Both the position numbers and the translations under genes were made by a program. Shown here piece by piece: positions 24,481-37,225 of a stretch of 64,000 nt of DNA. Under the pieces are notes generated by a model that had not been told where the DNA came from, ran no database searches, and was given only the letters and a program-made list of their open reading frames with translations. Each line of letters starts with the position of its first letter. Positions within the stretch are counted from its first letter, which is position 1. The DNA comes from Eledone cirrhosa (taxonomy: Eukaryota), in assembly GCA_964016885.1 (NCBI GenBank), contig OZ024744.1, positions 13,206,001 through 13,270,000 of the forward strand, read 5' to 3'.

Positions 24481-27400
24481 AATACTATGGACATGGGGTT
24501 TGAAAGTCTCAGTAGATCAGAGTGTCACTCCAGTTAAAGCTACTCTCTAAATTGAGAGATTACAACTCCAATACTATGGACATGTGGTTAGAACGTCTCA
24601 GTAGATTAGAGAGTCACTCCAGTTAAAGCTACACTCTAAATTGAGAGATCACAACTCCTATACTATGGACATGGGGTTAGAATGTCTCAGTAGATCAGAG
24701 TGTCACTCCTGTTAAAGCCACTCTCTAAATTGAGGAATCACAACTCCCATACTATGGACATGTTGTTAGAATGTCTCAGTAGATCAGAGAGTCACTCCAG
24801 TTAAAGCGACTAATTCTCTAAATTGAGAGATCACATCTCCCATACTATGGACATGTGGTTAGAATGTCTCAGTAGATCAGAGTGTCATTCCAGTTAAAGC
24901 TACTCTCTAAATTGAGAGATCACAACTCCAATACTATGGACATGTGGTTAGAATGTCTCAGTAGATCAGAGTGTCACTCCAGTTAAAGCTACTCTCTAAA
25001 TTGAGAGATTACAACTCCTATACTATGGACATGGGGTTAGAATGTCTCAGTAGATCAGAGTGTCACTCCAGTTAAAGCCACTCTCTAAATTGAAACATCA
25101 CAACTCACATACTATGGACATGTTGTTAGAATGTCTCAGTAGATCAGAGAGTCACTCCAGTTAAAGCCACTCTCTAAATTGAGAGATCACAACTCCAATA
25201 CTATGGACATGGGGTTTGAAAGTCTCAGTAGATTAGAATGTCACTCCAGTTAAAGCTACTCTCTAAATTGAGAGATCACAACTCCAATATGATGGACATG
25301 GGGTTTGAATGTCTCAGTAGATCAGAGAGTCGCTCAAGTTAAAGCCACTCTCTAAATTGAGAGATCACAACTCCAATACTATGGACATGTGGTTAGAATG
25401 TCTCAGTAGATCAGAGTGTCACTCCAGTTAAAGCTACTCTCTAAATTGAGAGATTACAACTCCCATACTATGGACATGTGGTTAGAATGTCTCAGTAGAT
25501 TAGAGTGTCATTCCAGTTAAAGCTACTCTCTAAATTGAGAGATCACAACTCCCATACTATGGACATGTGGGTAGAATGTCTCAGTAGATCAGAGAGTCAC
25601 TCCAGTTAAAGCTACTCTCTAAACTGAGAGATCACATCTCCCATACTATGGACATGTGGTTAGAATGTCTCAGTAGAACAGAGAGTCACTCCAGTTAAAG
25701 CCACTCTCTAAATTGAGAGATCACAACTCCCATACTATGGACATGGGGTTTGAATGTCTTAGTAGATCAGAGAATCACTCCAGTTAAAGCCACTCTCTAA
25801 ATTGAGAGATCACAACTCCCATACTATGGACATGTGGGTCGAATGTCTCAGTAGATCAGAGAGTCACTCCAGTTAAAGCGACTAATTCTCTAAATTGAGA
25901 GATCACAACTCCCATACTATGGACATGTGGTTAGAATGTCTCAGTAGATCAGAGAGTCACTCTTGTTAAAGCTACTCTCTAAATTGAGAGATCACAACTC
26001 CCATACTATGGACATGTAGTTAGAATCTCTCAGTAGATCAGAGAGTCATTCCAGTTAAAGCCACTCTCTAAATTGAGAGATCACAACTCCCATACTATGG
26101 ACATGTGGTTAGAATGTCTCAGTAGATCAGAAAGTCACTCCAGCTAAAGCTACACTCTAAATTGAGAAATCACAACTCCTATACTATGGACATAGGGTTA
26201 GAATGTCTCAGTAGATCAGAGTGTCACTCCAGTTAAAGCCACTCTCTAAATTGAGAGAACACAACTCCCATACTATGGACATGTGGTTAGAATGTCTCAG
26301 TAGATCAGAGAGTCAGTCCAGTTAAAGCCACTCTCTAAATTGAGAGATCACAACTCCCATACTATGGACATGGGGTTTGAATGTCTCAGTAGATCAGAGA
26401 ATCACTCCAGTTAAAGCCACTCTCTAAATTGAGAGATCACAACTCCAATACTATGGACATGGGGTTTGAATGTCTCAGTAGATCAGAGAGTCGCTCAAGT
26501 TAAAGCCACTCTCTAAATAGAGAGATCACAACTCCAATACTATGGACATGTGGTTAGAATGTCTCAGTAGATCAGAGAGTCACTTCAGTTAAAGCTACTC
26601 TCTAAATTGAGAGATCACAACTCCAATACTATGGACATGTGGTTAGTATGTCTCAGTAGATCAGAGAGTCACTCCAGTTAAAGCTACTCTCTAAATTGAG
26701 AGATCACATCTCCCATACTATGGACATGTGGTTAGAATGTCTCAGTAGAACAGAGAGTCACTCTTGTTAAAGCTACTCTCTAAATTGAGAGATCACAACT
26801 CCCATACTATGGACATGTGGTTAGAATCTCTCAGTCGATCAGAGAGTCATTCCAGTTAAAGCCACTCTCTAAATTGAGAGATCACAACTCCCATACTATG
26901 GACGTGTGGTTAGAATGTCTCAGTAGATCAGAGAGTCATTCCAGTTAAAGCCACTCTCTAAATTGAGAGATCACAACTTCCATACTATGGACATGTGGTT
27001 AGAACGTCTCAGTAGATCAGAGAGTCACTCCAGTTAAAGCTACTCTCTAAATTGAGAGATCACAACTCCCATACTATGGACATGTGGTTAGAATGTCTCA
27101 GTAGATTAGAGTGTCTTTCCAGTTAAAGCTACTCTCTAAATTGAGAGATCACAACTCCCATACTATGACATGTGGGTCGAATGTCTCAGTAGATCAGAGA
27201 GTCACTCAAGTTAAAGCGACTAATTCTCTAAATTGAGAGATCACAACTCCCATACTATGGACATGTGGTTAGAATGTCTCAGTAGATCAGAAAGTCACTC
27301 CAGCTAAAGCTACACTCTAAATTGAGAGATCACAACTCCTATACTATGGACATAGGGTTAGAATGTCTCAGTAGATCAGAGTGTCACTCCAGTTAAAGCC

Positions 27401-30400
27401 ACTCTCTAAATTGAGAGAACACAACTCCCATACTATGGACATGTGGTTAGAATGTCTCAGTAGATCAGAGAGTCATTCCAGTTAAAGCCACTCTCTAAAT
27501 TGAGAGATCACAACTCCCATACTATGGACATGGGGTTTGAATGTCTCAGTAGATCAGAGAGTCACTCCAGTTAAAGCCACTCTCTAAATTGAGAGATCAC
27601 AACTCCAATACTATGGACATGGGGTTTGAATGTCTCAGTAGATCAGAGAGTCGCTCAAGTTAAAGCCACTCTCTAAATTGAGAGATCACAACTCCAATAC
27701 TATGGACATGTGGTTAGAATGTCTCAGTAGATCAGAGTGTCACTCCAGTTAAAGCTACTCTCTGAATTGAGAGATCACATCTCCCATACTATGGACATGG
27801 GGTTAGAATGTCTCAGTAGATCAGAGAGTCACTGTTGTTAAAGCTACTCTCTAAATTGAGAGATCACAACTCCCATACTATGGAAATGTTGTTAGAATGT
27901 CTCAGTAGATCAGAGAGTCACTCCAGTTAAAGCCACTCTCTAAATTGAGAGATCACAACTCCCATACTATGGACATGTGGTTAGAATGTCTCAGTAGATC
28001 AGAGAGTCATTCCAGTTAAAGCCACTCTCTAAATTGAGAGATCACAACTCCCATACTATGGACATGGGGTTTGAATGTCTCAGTAGATCAGAGAGTCGCT
28101 CAAGTTAAAGCCACTCTCTATATTGAGAGATCACAACTCCAATACTATGGACATGTGTTTAGAATGTCTCAGTAGATCGGAGTGTCACTCCAGTTAAAGC
28201 TACTCTCTAAATTGAGAGATCGCATCTCCCATACTCTGGACATGGGGTTAGAATGTCTCAGTAGATCAGAGAGTCACTCCAGTTAAAGCTACTCTCTAAA
28301 TTGAGAGATCACAACTCCAATACTATGGACATGTGGTTAGAATGACTCAGTAGATCAGAGAATCACTCCAGTTAAAGCTACTCTCTAAATTGAGAGATCA
28401 CATCTCCCATACTATGGACATGTGGTTAGAATGTCTCAGTAGATCAGAGAGTCACTCCAGTTAACGCTACTCTCTAAATTGAGAGATCACAACTCCCATA
28501 CTATGGACATGTGGTTAGAATGTCTCAGTAGATCAGAGAGTCACTCCAGTTAGAGCTACTCTCTAAATTGAGAGATCACAACTCCCATACTATGGACATG
28601 TGGTTAGAATGTCTCAGTAGATCAGAGAGTCACTCCAGTTAAAGCCACTATCTAAATTGAGAGATCACAACTCCCATACTATGGACATGTGGTTAGAATG
28701 TCTCAGTACATCAGAGAGTCACTCCAGTTAAAGCCACTCTCTAAATTGAGAGATCACAACTCCAATACTATGGGCATGGTGTTTGAAAGTCTCAGTAGAT
28801 TAGAGTGTCACTCCAGTTAAAGCCTCTCTCTAAATTCAGAGATCACAACTCCAACACTATGGACATGGGCTTTGAATGTCTCAGTAGATCAGAGTGTCAC
28901 TCCAGTTAAAGCCACTCTCTAAATTGAGAGATCACAACTCCCGTACTATGGACATGTGTTTAGAATGTCTCAGTAGATCAGAGAATCACTCCAGTTAAAG
29001 CTACACTCTAAATTGAGAGATCACAACTCCTATACTATGGACATCGGGTTAGAATGTCTCAGTAGATCAGAGTGTCACTCCAGTAAAAGGCACTCTCTAA
29101 ATTGAGGGATCACAACTCCCATACTATGGACATGTTGTTAGAATGTCTCAGTAGATCAGAGAGTCACTCCAGTTAAAGCCACTCTCTAAATTGAGAGATC
29201 ACAACTCCAATACTATGGACATGGGTTTTGAAAGTCTCAGTAGATTAGAGTGTCACTCCAGTTAAAGCTACTCTCTAAATTGAGAGATCACAACTCCAAT
29301 ACTATGGACATGGGGTTTGAATGTCTCAGTAGATCAGAGAGTCGCTCAAGTTAAAGCCACTCTCTAAAGTGAGAGATCACAACTCCAATACTATGGACAT
29401 GTGGTTAGAATGTCTCAGTAGATCAGAGTGTCACTCCAGTTAAAGCTACTCTCTGAATTGAGAGATCACATCTCCCATACTATGGACATGGGGTTAGAAT
29501 GTCTCAGTAGATCAGAGAGTCACTCTTGTTAAAGCTACTCTCTAAATTGAGAGATCACAACTCCCATACTATGGAAATGTTGTTAGAATGTCTCAGTAGA
29601 TCAGAGAGTCACTCCAGTTAAAGCCACTCTCTAAATTGAGAGATCACAACTCCAATACTATGGACATGTGTTTAGAATGTCTCAGTAGATCAGAAAGTCA
29701 CTCCAGTTAAAGCTACACTCTAAATTGAGAGATCACAACTCCTATACTATGGACATGTGGTTAGAATGTCTCAGTAGATCGGAGTGTCACTCCAGTTAAA
29801 GCTACTCTCTAAATTGAGAGATCGCATCTCCCATACTCTGGACATGGGGTTAGAATGTCTCAGTAGATCAGAGAGTCACTCTTGTTAAAGCTACTCTTTA
29901 AATTGAGAGATCACAACTCCCATAATATGGACATGGGTTTTGAATGTCTCAGTAGATCAGAGAGTCACTCCAGTTAAAGCTACTCTCTAAATTGAGAGAT
30001 CACATCTCCCATACTATGGACATGTGGTTAGAATGTCTCAGTAGATCAGAGAGTCACTCCAGTTAACGCTACTCTCTAAATTGAGAGATCACATCTCCCA
30101 TACTATGGACATGTGGTTAGAATGTCTCAGTAGATCAGAGAGTCACTCCAGTTAAAGCCACTCTCTAAATTGAGAGATCACAACTCCAATACTATGGACA
30201 TGTGGTTAGAATGTCTCAGTAGATCAGAGAATCACTCTAGTTAAAGCTACTCTCTAAATTGAGAGATCACGACTCCCATACTATGGACATGTGGTTAGAA
30301 TGTCTCAGTAGATCAGAGAGTCACTCCAGTTAGAGCTACTCTCTAAATTGAGAGATCACAACTCCAATACTATGGACATGTGGTTAGAATGTCTCAGTAG

Positions 30401-32239
30401 ATCAGAGAGTCACTCCAGTTAAAACCACTATCTAAATTGAGAGATCACAACTCCCATACTATGGACATGTGGTTAGAATGTCTCAGTAGATCAGAGAGTC
30501 ACTCCAGTTAAAGCCACTCTCTAAATTGAGAGATCACAACTCCAATACTATGGGCATGGTGTTTGAAAGTCTCAGTAGATTAGAGTGTCACTCCAGTTAA
30601 AGCCACTCTCTAAATTGAGAGATCACATCTCCCATACTATGGACATGTGGTTAGAATGTCTCAGTAGATCAGAGAGTCACTCCAGTTAAAGCCACTCTCT
30701 AAATTGAGAGATCACAACGCCAATACTATGGACATGGGGTTAGAATGTCTCAGTATATCAGAGAGTCACTCTTGTTAAAGCTACTCTTTAAATTGAGAGA
30801 TCACAACTCCCATAATATGGACATGGGGTTTGAATGTCTCAGTAGATCAGAGAGTCACTCCAGTTAAAGCTACTCTCTAAATTGAGAGATCACAACTCCA
30901 ATACTATGGACATGTGGTTAGAATGTCTCAGTAGATCAGAGAATCACTCCAGTTAAAGCTACTCTCTAAATTGAGAGATCACATCTCCCATACTATGGAC
31001 ATGTGGTTAGAATGTCTCAGTAGATCAGAGAGTCACTCCAGTTAACGCTACTCTCTAAATTGTGAGATCACAACTCTCATACTATGGACATGTGGTTAGA
31101 ATGTCTCAGTAGATCAGAGAGTCACTCCAGTTAAAGCCACTCTCTAAATTGAGAGATCACAACTCCAATACTATTGACATGTGGTTAGAATGTCTCAGTA
31201 GATCAGAGAATCACTCTAGTTAAAGCTACTCTCTAAATTGAGAGATCACAACTCCCATACTATGGACATGTGGTTAGAATGTCTCAGTAGATCAGAGAGT
31301 CACTCCAGTTAGAGCTACTCTCTAAATTGAGAGATCACAACTCCCATACTATGGACATGTGGTTAGAATGTCTCAGTAGATCAGAGAGTCACTCCAGTTA
31401 GAGCCACTATCTAAATTGAGAGATCACAACTCCCATACTATGGACATGTGGTTAGAATGTCTCAGTAGATCAGAGAGTCACTCCAGTTAAAGCCACTCTC
31501 TAAATTGAGAGATCACAACTCCAATACTATGGGCATGGGGTTTGAAAGTCTCAGTAGATTAGAGTGTCACTCCAGTTAAAGCAACTCTCTAAATTGAGAG
31601 ATCACATCTCCCATACTATGGACATGTGGTTAGAATGTCTCAGTAGATCAGAGAGTCACTCCAGTTAAAGCCACTCTCTAAATTGAGAGATCACAACTCC
31701 AATACTATGGACATGTGGTTAGAATGTCTCAGTAGATCAGAGAATCACTCTAGTTAAAGCTACTCTCTGAATTGAGAGATCACAACTCCCATACTATGGA
31801 CATGTGGTTAGAATGTCTCAGTAGATCAGAGAGTCACTGCAGTTAGAGCTACTCTCTAAATTGAGAGATCACAACTCCTATACTATGGACATGGGGTTAG
31901 AATGTCTCAGTAGATCAGAGAGTCACTCCAGTTAAAGCCACTCTCTAAATTGAGGGATCACAACTCCCATACTATGGACATGGGTTTTGAATGTCTCAGT
32001 AGATTTGAGAGACGCTCAAGTTAAAGCCACTCTCTAAATTGAGAGATCGCAACTCCAATACTATGGACATGTGGTTAGAATGTCTCAGTAGATCAGAGAA
32101 TCACTCCAGTTAAAGCTACTCTCTAAATTGAGAGATCACATCTCCCATACTATGGACATGTGGTTAGAATGTCTCAGTAGATCAGAGAGTCACTCCAGTT
32201 AACGCTACTCTCTAAATTGAGAGATCACATCTCCCATAC

Positions 32240-35200
32240 TATGGACATGTGGTTAGAATGTCTCAGTAGATCAGAGAGTCACTCCAGTTAAAGCCACTCT
32301 CTAAATTGAGAGATCACAACTCCAATACTATGGACATGTGGTTAGAATGTCTCAGTAGATCAGAGAATCACTCTAGTTAAAGCTACTCTCTAAATTGAGA
32401 GATCACAACTCCCATACTATGGACATGTGGTTAGAATGTCTCAGTAGATCAAAGAGTCACTCCAGTTAGAGCTACTCTCTAAATTGAGAGATCACAACTC
32501 CCATACTATGGACATGTGGTTAGAACGTCTCAGTAGATCAGAGAGTCACTCCAGTTAAAGCCACTCTCTAAATTGAGAGATCACAACTCCAATACTATGG
32601 GCATGGTGTTTGAAAGTCTCAGTAGATTAGAGTGGCACTCCAGTTAAAGCCACTCTCTAAATTCAGAGATCACAACTCCAACACTATGGACATGGGCTTT
32701 GAATGTCTCAGTAGATCAGAGTGTCACTCCAGTTAAAGCCACTCTCTAAATTGAGAGATCACAACTCCCGTACTATGGACATGTGTTTAGAATGTCTCAG
32801 TAGATCAGAGAGTCACTCCAGTTAAAGCCACTCTCTAAATTGAGAGATCACAACTCCAATACTATGGACATGTGGTTAGAATGTCTCAGTAGATCAGGGA
32901 GTCATTCTTGTTAAAGCTACTCTCTAAATTGAGAGATCACAACTCCCATACTATGGACATGTGGTTACAATCTCTCAGTAGATCAGAGAGACATTCCAGT
33001 TAAAGCCACTCTCTAAATTGAGAGATCACAACTCCCATACTATGGACGTGTGGTTAGAATGTCTCAGTAGATCTGAGAATCACTCCAGTTAAAGCTACTC
33101 TCTAAATTGAGAGATCACAACTCCCATACTATGGAAATGTGGTTAGAATGTCTCAGTAGATCAGAGAGTCACTCCAGTTAAAGCCACTCTCTAAATTGAG
33201 AGATCACAACTCCAATACTATGGACATGTGGTTAGAATGTCTCAGTAGATCAGAAAGTCACTCCAGTTAAAGCTACACTCTAAATTGAGAGATCACAACT
33301 CCCATACTATGGACATGGGGTTAGAATGTCTCAGTAGATCAGAGTGTCACTCCAGTTAAAGCCACTCTCTAAATTGAGGGATCACAACTCCCATACTATG
33401 GACATGTTGTTAGAACGTCTCAGTAGATCAGAGAGTCACTCCAGTTAAAGCCACTCTCTAAATTGAGAGATCACAACTCCAATACTATGGCCATGTGGTT
33501 AGAATGTCTCAGTAGATCAGAGAGTCACTCCAGTTAAAGCCAGTCTCTAAATTGAGAGATCACAACTCCCATACTATGGACATGTGGTTAGAATGTCTCA
33601 GTAGATCAGAAAGTCACTCCAGTTAAAGCTACACTCTAAATTGAGAGATCACAACTCCAATACTATGGACATTGTGTTAGAAAGTCTCAGTAGATCAGAG
33701 TGTCACTCCAGTTAAAGCCACTCTCTAAATTGAGGGATCACAAATCCCATACGATGGACATGTTGTTAGAATGTCTCAGTAGATCAGAGAGTCACTCCAG
33801 TTAAAGCCACTCTCTAAATTGAGGGATCACAACTCCAATACTATGGACATGTGTTTAGAATGTCTCAGTAGATCAGAAAGTCACTCCAGTTAAAGCTACA
33901 CTCTAAATTGAGAGATCACAACTCCAATACTATGGACATGGGGTTAGAATGTCTCAGTAGATCAGAGAATCACTCCAGTTAAAGCTACTCTCTAAATTGA
34001 GAGATCACATCTCCCATACTATGGACATGTGGTTAGAATGTCTCAGTAGATCAGAGAGTCACTCCAGTTAACGCTACTCTCTAAATTGAGAGATCACAAC
34101 TCCCATACTATGGACATGTGGTTAGAATGTCTCAGTAGATCAGAGAGTCAGTCCAGTTAAAGCCACTCTCTAAATTGAGAGATCACAACTCCAATACTAT
34201 GGACATGTGGTTAGAATGTCTCAGTAGATCAGAGAATCACTCTAGTTAAAGCTACTCTCTAAATTGAGAGATCACAACTCCCATACTATGGACATGGGGT
34301 TAGAATGTCTCAGTAGATCAGAGAGTCACTCCAGTTAGAGCTACTCTCTAAATTGAGAGATCACAACTCCCATACGATGGACATGTGGTTAGAATGTCTC
34401 AGTAGATCAGAGAGTCACTCCAGTTAAAGCCACTATCTAAATTGAGAGATCACAACTCCCATACTATGGACATGTGGTTAGAATGTCTCAGTAGATCAGA
34501 GAGTCACTCCAGTTAAAGCCACTCTCTAAATTGAGAGATCACAACTCCAATACTATGGACATGTGGTTAGAATGTCTCAGTAGATCAGAGAATCACTCTA
34601 GTTAAAGCTACTCTCTAAATTGAGAGATCACAACTCCCATACTATGGACATGTGGTTAGAATGTCTCAGTAGATCAGAGAATCACTCTAGTTAAAGCTAC
34701 TCTCTAAATTGAGAGATCACAACTCCCATACTATGGACATGGGGTTAGAATGTCTCAGTAGATCAGAGAGTCACTCCAGTTAGAGCTACTCTCTAAATTG
34801 AGAGATCACAACTCCCATACGATGGACATGTGGTTAGAATGTCTCAGTAGATCAGAGAGTCACTCCAGTTAAAGCCACTATCTAAATTGAGAGATCACAA
34901 CTCCCATACTATGGACATGTGGTTAGAATGTCTCAGTAGATCAGAGAGTCACTCCAGTTAAAGCCACTCTCTAAATTGAGAGATCACAACTCCAATACTA
35001 TGGACATGTGGTTAGAATGTCTCAGTAGATCAGAGAATCACTCTAGTTAAAGCTACTCTCTAAATTGAGAGATCACAACTCCCATACTATGGACATGTGG
35101 TTAGAATGTCTCAGTAGATCAAAGAGTCACTCCAGTTAGAGCTACTCTCTAAATTGAGAGATCACAACTCCCATACTATGGACATGTGGTTAGAACGTCT

Positions 35201-37225
35201 CAGTAGATCAGAGAGTCACTCCAGTTAAAGCCACTCTCTAAATTGAGAGATCACAACTCCAATACTATGGGCATGGTGTTTGAAAGTCTCAGTAGATTAG
35301 AGTGGCACTCCAGTTAAAGCCACTCTCTAAATTCAGAGATCACAACTCCAACACTATGGACATGGGCTTTGAATGTCTCAGTAGATCAGAGTGTCACTCC
35401 AGTTAAAGCCACTCTCTAAATTGAGAGATCACAACTCCCGTACTATGGACATGTGTTTAGAATGTCTCAGTAGATCAGAGAGTCACTCCAGTTAAAGCCA
35501 CTCTCTAAATTGAGAGATCACAACTCCAATACTATGGACATGTGGTTAGAATGTCTCAGTAGATCAGGGAGTCATTCTTGTTAAAGCTACTCTCTAAATT
35601 GAGAGATCACAACTCCCATACTATGGACATGTGGTTACAATCTCTCAGTAGATCAGAGAGACATTCCAGTTAAAGCCACTCTCTAAATTGAGAGATCACA
35701 ACTCCCATACTATGGACGTGTGGTTAGAATGTCTCAGTAGATCTGAGAATCACTCCAGTTAAAGCTACTCTCTAAATTGAGAGATCACAACTCCCATACT
35801 ATGGAAATGTGGTTAGAATGTCTCAGTAGATCAGAGAGTCACTCCAGTTAAAGCCACTCTCTAAATTGAGAGATCACAACTCCAATACTATGGACATGTG
35901 GTTAGAATGTCTCAGTAGATCAGAAAGTCACTCCAGTTAAAGCTACACTCTAAATTGAGAGATCACAACTCCCATACTATGGACATGGGGTTAGAATGTC
36001 TCAGTAGATCAGAGTGTCACTCCAGTTAAAGCCACTCTCTAAATTGAGGGATCACAACTCCCATACTATGGACATGTTGTTAGAACGTCTCAGTAGATCA
36101 GAGAGTCACTCCAGTTAAAGCCACTCTCTAAATTGAGAGATCACAACTCCAATACTATGGCCATGTGGTTAGAATGTCTCAGTAGATCAGAGAGTCACTC
36201 CAGTTAAAGCCAGTCTCTAAATTGAGAGATCACAACTCCCATACTATGGACATGTGGTTAGAATGTCTCAGTAGATCAGAAAGTCACTCCAGTTAAAGCT
36301 ACACTCTAAATTGAGAGATCACAACTCCAATACTATGGACATTGGGTTAGAAAGTCTCAGTAGATCAGAGTGTCACTCCAGTTAAAGCCACTCTCTAAAT
36401 TGAGGGATCACAAATCCCATACGATGGACATGTTGTTAGAATGTCTCAGTAGATCAGAGAGTCACTCCAGTTAAAGCCACTCTCTAAATTGAGGGATCAC
36501 AACTCCAATACTATGGACATGTGTTTAGAATGTCTCAGTAGATCAGAAAGTCACTCCAGTTAAAGCTACACTCTAAATTGAGAGATCACAACTCCAATAC
36601 TATGGACATGGGGTTAGAATGTCTCAGTAGATCAGAGAATCACTCCAGTTAAAGCTACTCTCTAAATTGAGAGATCACATCTCCCATACTATGGACATGT
36701 GGTTAGAATGTTTCAGTAGATCAGAGAGTCACTCCAGTTAACGCTACTCTCTAAATTGAGAGATCACAACTCCCATACTATGGACATGTGGTTAGAATGT
36801 CTCAGTAGATCAGAGAGTCAGTCCAGTTAAAGCCACTCTCTAAATTGAGAGATCACAACTCCAATACTATGGACATGTGGTTAGAATGTCTCAGTAGATC
36901 AGAGAATCACTCTAGTTAAAGCTACTCTCTAAATTGAGAGATCACAACTCCCATACTATGGACATGGGGTTAGAATGTCTCAGTAGATCAGAGAGTCACT
37001 CCAGTTAGAGCTACTCTCTAAATTGAGAGATCACAACTCCCATACGATGGACATGTGGTTAGAATGTCTCAGTAGATCAGAGAGTCACTCCAGTTAAAGC
37101 CACTATCTAAATTGAGAGATCACAACTCCCATACTATGGACATGTGGTTAGAATGTCTCAGTAGATCAGAGAGTCACTCCAGTTAAAGCCACTCTCTAAA
37201 TTGAGAGATCACAACTCCAATACTA
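32240..37225. repeat. 30-monomer-spaced duplication (2670 bp)
   Basis: AGTGGCACTC at 32631 and 35301. CAGTCTCTAA at 33541 and 36211. Offset 2670=30x89. Confidence 0.88.

Larger units (their letters stand above)
1..27300. repeat. Left satellite sub-domain carrying the 93-bp monomer variant (AAAGCGACT-AATT-CTCT)
   Basis: The 4-bp AATT insertion variant is seen 24 times, from about 163 to about 27216, and never afterwards. Associated variants are GATTACAAC, GAATGTATCAG, GTGTCTTTCC, GGGTCGAATG and CTCAAAATT. Confidence 0.9.
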
